This document shows positions 60,134-64,000 of a stretch of DNA of 64,000 nt, in pieces; positions within the stretch are counted from its first letter, which is position 1; every line of letters begins with the position of its first letter. Under the pieces are notes generated by a model that was not told where the DNA came from, ran no database searches, and saw only the letters and a program-made list of their open reading frames with translations. Source of the stretch: Spirulina sp. (GTDB lineage Bacteria > Cyanobacteriota > Cyanobacteriia > Phormidesmidales > Phormidesmidaceae); the NCBI GenBank assembly GCA_044070495.1, contig JBIPSI010000001.1, forward strand, positions 96,001 through 160,000, written 5' to 3'. Made by a program: the position numbers and the translations under genes.

Positions 60134-60737
60134 CTATGTCTACGCCATTGTGGCCCTGCTGCCCCTCTCGGCCCTGATGCTGATGATTCAAACCAATCCC
60201 TACCAGGCCTTGGTGATTCGCGGCATTTTAGGGGCCGTCGCGGCCTTGGTCTATGCGGTGTTGGGCGGTGCCGATGTGGCCCTCACGGAAGCGCTGGTGG
60301 GCACCATGCTGGCGGTCACGCTCTTTGCCGTGGCGGTGCGATCTTCCTTGGTCATGCGCCTGGGTGTCCTCGAAGCGGACATGGCCGAGGCCAAAGTCCC
60401 CCTCCATGGCTCGGTTCCGGCTTTGCGTACGGTGCTGAAACAGCATTATCTGCGCCTGGAAATGGTGCCCTATGCCCATGCCGATAGCCTCAGCCAAGCC
60501 CTCACCAGCAAGGACGTGCACGGTATCTACCAGGCTCCATCGGGGCCGAGGGCCACGGCCGCAGAATCGTCTCAGACGGCGGATGGCCTCACCCTGCGCG
60601 TCCCTCGCCTCTACGAAATCCTCAGCGCCGAGTTACCCTCCGGCTCGGTTCCGGTTCACCTGCTATCTCCCGGCGAGTTGCCCCCCGCGACCGCCCCATC
60701 CGTCCCTCCTACCCTCACGGAGACCCCCTATCCATGA
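60123..60737 (+). CDS. Mrp-associated DUF4040-type protein
   Basis: GADVALTEALVG motif. Confidence 0.8.
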   Translation: MIDSYVYAIVALLPLSALMLMIQTNPYQALVIRGILGAVAALVYAVLGGADVALTEALVGTMLAVTLFAVAVRSSLVMRLGVLEADMAEAKVPLHGSVPALRTVLKQHYLRLEMVPYAHADSLSQALTSKDVHGIYQAPSGPRATAAESSQTADGLTLRVPRLYEILSAELPSGSVPVHLLSPGELPPATAPSVPPTLTETPYP

Positions 60738-61399
60738 AGTGGATTTATCTCGCGGCTGGCGTGCTGATGTTCCTTAAAATTTTGGTGCTGCCCGATCCTT
60801 CCACCGTTGCGGCAGAGGAGGGGATTGTTTCCGCCATTGTGGCGGATAGCGGGGTGCCCAATGCCGTATCGGGCATTATTTTCCGCAACCGCCTCTACGA
60901 CACCATTTTTGAAGTGGTCGTGTTCACCATCGCCATCATGGGGGCCAAATACCTCCTGGCAGACGAAGTGCCCAACGCCCCCTTCTATCGCTTCACCGAC
61001 GAGCCTTCCATTGTGCTAGCCCGCCTGGGGGCCACCATCGCCGCCCTGGTCAGCATCGAACTGGCGATTCGGGGGCACCTCAGCCCTGGGGGTGGGTTTG
61101 CGGCGGGGGTGGCTGGGGGCACCGCCATTGGCCTCGTTGCCATTACCGCCCCCTCGGCGGAATGGATGCAGACCCTCTACGAACGTTGGCAGGCGTCCGT
61201 CTGGGAAAAGGTATCGGTGCTCATCTTCATTGTGCTGGCGGTGATCACCCTCATCGGGCTAGAACTGCCCCAGGGCGAAGTGGGCACCCTGCTGAGCGGC
61301 GGCATGATTCCCCTGCTGAACATTCTGGTCGCCCTCAAAGTAGCCCTGGGTTCCTGGGCCGCTATCTTAATCTTCATTCGCTATCGGGGGCTGCTATGA
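60734..61399 (+). CDS. mnhB: Mrp/Mnh Na+/H+ antiporter subunit B
   Basis: NAVSGI..RNRLYDTIFE, GHLSPGGGFAAG. Confidence 0.88.
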   Translation: MKWIYLAAGVLMFLKILVLPDPSTVAAEEGIVSAIVADSGVPNAVSGIIFRNRLYDTIFEVVVFTIAIMGAKYLLADEVPNAPFYRFTDEPSIVLARLGATIAALVSIELAIRGHLSPGGGFAAGVAGGTAIGLVAITAPSAEWMQTLYERWQASVWEKVSVLIFIVLAVITLIGLELPQGEVGTLLSGGMIPLLNILVALKVALGSWAAILIFIRYRGLL

Positions 61400-61641
61400 G
61401 TGAGGTCGATGAGTGAGGTGGCTGGAGTCCTCGCGGCATGGGGTTTCGCCGTAGTGCCCCAACGCTATGGCCTGCTTGGGTTATGGGGTTTTCACCCAGG
61501 ATTGTATGAAGAGTCCGGGGGGAAGCGGTCGTTTTGGGAGGTTTGCGGTTAAATAAGTAGGGGGCGCTCTATCGACATTTGTATCGATATGTGTCGTTTG
61601 TTGTCGCAGATATTTTCCTCAAATTTTTCAAACTTTAGGAC

Positions 61642-62931
61642 GTGAGCATGAAGCGTTTTTGGATGACTTGGCCCTCCCAGGCCCGCCAGCAACCCCTTCG
61701 GCGACCCTCCCTAAGGCCCGTGCGCTTCAAACGCCTGAAGTCGATTCCCTTACCCTCGTTGTATCCAGGCACCTGGCGACAAAACACCACCACCCAGCGG
61801 CTACAGATGGCGGGGGGGATGGCCCTGGTTGGGCTGGTGTTAACTCAATTGCCCGTTGCCCCCACCTCCCTGTGGCGAACTCCGGTAGAACCCATGGCGG
61901 TGCAGTCTTCCCTGTGGGAGAGTACGGGGTTGGTGCGGCAGTCGGTGGTGGATCTCTACCGGGCGCGGCGGCTGTTTATGCAGGCGGCCCCGCCTTCGGA
62001 CTCCACACCCTCGGCCCAGGCCCCAGGGCAATCCGGTGCTGAGGCTTCTCTAACGGCCAGCACGGCTTCAACCGCCACCGCCGTCAGTGCGCCCCCCTCG
62101 GCTTCCGCGTCCGCCAGCGTAGCCCCTGGGGCAAATCGATCTCTGCCCCAGCCGCCAACGCCCCCTAGCCCCGCCGCCAACGCCGCCTTCGACCCCGCCA
62201 AAACCATCGACACCAATTTGGAAATGCGGGTAGCGGTGGCCAAGGGCGTGAGTTCCCTAGAGGTGGCCACCTCCAACGATGGTTATCTGATGGATCTCAA
62301 CGGCCAGGGATTTTGTAACCTCCCGGCCCAAAAGAGTATGGTGCTGCGTCCCCAGGGGGGTGGCCTAGGCTATGGCGGTTGCCAGCTTACCAACACCGCT
62401 TGGCTAGAGCCAGGGGAAGGTGGTTATGTCTATGTGGGGGATAAGTGGTTCAAGGGCCGAGTGCTGCTGATGGGCAATGGTTCCACCCTCACCGCCGTCA
62501 ACTTTGTGCTGATGCACGACTATCTCAGCAGTGTGGTGGGCAGCGAAATGTATGTGACTTGGCCCCTCGAAGCCCTCAAGGCCCAGGCCGTAGCGGCGCG
62601 TTCCTACGCCCTGGTGCACCACGTCCGCCATGCTAACCGTCCCTACGACCTGGATAACACCCAGCGTTACCAGGCCTACCTCGGTATTGCCAAGGAAACC
62701 AACACCACCCAGGCCGCTGTGGCCGCCACCACGGGGGAATTCATCAGCTACAACGGCGGCATTGTCGAGTCCCTCTATGCCGCCTCCGATGCCATTGTAC
62801 AAGCGGCCCATGGCGGCAAAGGCATGAGCCAAACTGGAGCCATGGAACTGGCCCGCCAGGGCTATGGCTACACCGAAATCCTCGGCAACTACTACCCAAA
62901 CACCAGCCTCTCTCGCCTTGTGGTGCAATGA
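61642..62931 (+). CDS. SpoIID/LytB domain protein
   Basis: YLSSVVGSEM...EALKAQAVAARSYA, Q.Y.G, GMSQ.GA...IL..YYP. Confidence 0.9.
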   Translation: MSMKRFWMTWPSQARQQPLRRPSLRPVRFKRLKSIPLPSLYPGTWRQNTTTQRLQMAGGMALVGLVLTQLPVAPTSLWRTPVEPMAVQSSLWESTGLVRQSVVDLYRARRLFMQAAPPSDSTPSAQAPGQSGAEASLTASTASTATAVSAPPSASASASVAPGANRSLPQPPTPPSPAANAAFDPAKTIDTNLEMRVAVAKGVSSLEVATSNDGYLMDLNGQGFCNLPAQKSMVLRPQGGGLGYGGCQLTNTAWLEPGEGGYVYVGDKWFKGRVLLMGNGSTLTAVNFVLMHDYLSSVVGSEMYVTWPLEALKAQAVAARSYALVHHVRHANRPYDLDNTQRYQAYLGIAKETNTTQAAVAATTGEFISYNGGIVESLYAASDAIVQAAHGGKGMSQTGAMELARQGYGYTEILGNYYPNTSLSRLVVQ

Positions 62932-62944
62932 GGCCAGCGGTACC

Positions 62945-63023
62945 CTCGGACTCAACGAGATTCTCGGAGTCACTAAGGCTCTCGGAGTCACTAAGGCTCT
63001 CGGACTCCATGAGGCTCTCGGAG
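62945..63023. repeat. 18-bp tandem repeat between convergent genes
   Basis: CTCGGAGTCACTAAGGCT x2 plus two variants and a partial copy. Confidence 0.85.
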
Positions 63024-63044
63024 CGGAGAGAGTCAAGGATAGAA

Positions 63045-63476
63045 CTAATCTCCGCCAATGCTGATGGGGGTGCCGACGATTTCGGTGCCCGTGAGGTTGG
63101 CATTGATCCAGGAGGATCCGGCCACCTCGGCAAAGTAGATCTGGGCATCCGTGAGGTTGGCCTCATCTAAGATGGCATTGTTGAGCAAGGCGTTAGTTAA
63201 AAAGGCCTGACTAAGGTTGGCCCCCTCTAGGTTAGCCCCCGACAAATCCGCCCCCTCTAGGTTGGCCTCCGTGAGGTTAGCCCCCTCTAGGTTGGCTCCC
63301 GACAAATCCGCCCCGATCAGGTGAGCCTGGGTGAGGTCGGCCCCCGACAAATCGCAGCCAGCACAGAGGTTGGTGGTGAGAAGCTGCTGCACCTGGGCAG
63401 GGTTTTCGGCCTGGGTGGGCAACGCAACGATCAATGGCAGCACCAGGGCGGTTCCCAGCGCAAGGGCAAGTTTCAT
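63045..63476 (-). CDS. Pentapeptide repeat protein with signal peptide
   Basis: C.GCDLSGADL and repeated A(N/D)L.. units. Confidence 0.92.
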   Translation of the reverse strand: MKLALALGTALVLPLIVALPTQAENPAQVQQLLTTNLCAGCDLSGADLTQAHLIGADLSGANLEGANLTEANLEGADLSGANLEGANLSQAFLTNALLNNAILDEANLTDAQIYFAEVAGSSWINANLTGTEIVGTPISIGGD

Positions 63477-63866
63477 GGCATTCCTCCAGGGTGGGGTGCA
63501 GCGCCTCCTGGCAAGGTCAGGCTACCTGAGGATAGGATGCAAACGGGGCAATAACGGGTTTCCCTGGGCTGAGTCTTGCCTAGGCCGAGTTTTGCCTAGA
63601 TCTGCATAAGCGAGATCTAAATCAATCTGAAGCGCTATACCATGATCGTCGCATATTCCCAAGGTCGCTGTCAGGATAAGGGCAACCACCGTAAAGAAAC
63701 GAAAGAAACGCGCCCATTAAAATACCCAAGCGCCCTAGAAACGCCTGGGTATGCTCAGGGTGTATGGGGTCAAATTATGGCCTGACGCCCCTAAACCAAT
63801 CGCCTGAACTGCAACACCCATCGACATGGGGGGCGTAGGGGTTCATGCTGCGGTAGGGGATTGGGC

Positions 63867-64000
63867 TTAGCTGTTGGGTTGAGCGTTTACAGCGGTGGCC
63901 CCATCCACACCCATGGCCACTTGTTTGGCACGCTCCAGCACACTCTCAGCATCGGGGTTGTACTTGAGGACGACGGTGGAACCCGTTTGGGCCACCCACA
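63867..64000 (-). CDS. 3' end of a BON-like domain protein (partial)
   Basis: Manual translation WVAQTGSTVVLKYNPDAESVLERAKQVAMGVDGATAVNAQPNS*. Confidence 0.5.
   Translation of the reverse strand, partial: WVAQTGSTVVLKYNPDAESVLERAKQVAMGVDGATAVNAQPNS

Noticed and set aside
62945..63023. Possible mini-CRISPR or iteron array
   Set aside because: Contiguous 18-bp units with no spacers and no adjacent rep or cas gene

Overview
64-kb window from a filamentous-type cyanobacterium (Leptolyngbya/Nodosilinea-like by gene content; the taxon is an inference). It has four zones. (1) 1-11 kb: housekeeping genes, then a ~6-kb pile of toxin-antitoxin (TA) modules, orphan TA halves and AT-rich unknown ORFs, bracketed by two near-identical DUF4926-like genes. 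(2) 11-35.8 kb: core genes (ppsA, a split BMP-type ABC transporter, lipA, pyrE, ccaA, hup, tRNA-Ile2, tRNA-Thr) plus an unannotated 47-aa ORF. (3) 36.4-56.3 kb: an apcD4-apcB3-isiX low-light/far-red antenna operon, followed by a complete type I-D CRISPR-Cas locus (WYL, cas3, cas10d with internal cas11d, cas7, cas5, cas6, MNT-HEPN pair, cas4, cas1, cas2; 55 repeats and 54 spacers by manual count). (4) 56.4-64 kb: GH15/phosphorylase-kinase-like gene, partial mrp operon, SpoIID and pentapeptide genes. The most unusual feature is in the CRISPR adaptation module. Every junction around cas4, cas1 and cas2 is built from oriented heptamer arrays, two junctions share a CTAG-centred palindromic core, and a four-helix-bundle (23S-IVS/Avd-like) gene between cas1 and cas2 is enclosed by a perfect 30-bp inverted repeat. 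All calls come from motif recognition by eye; no database searches were run.
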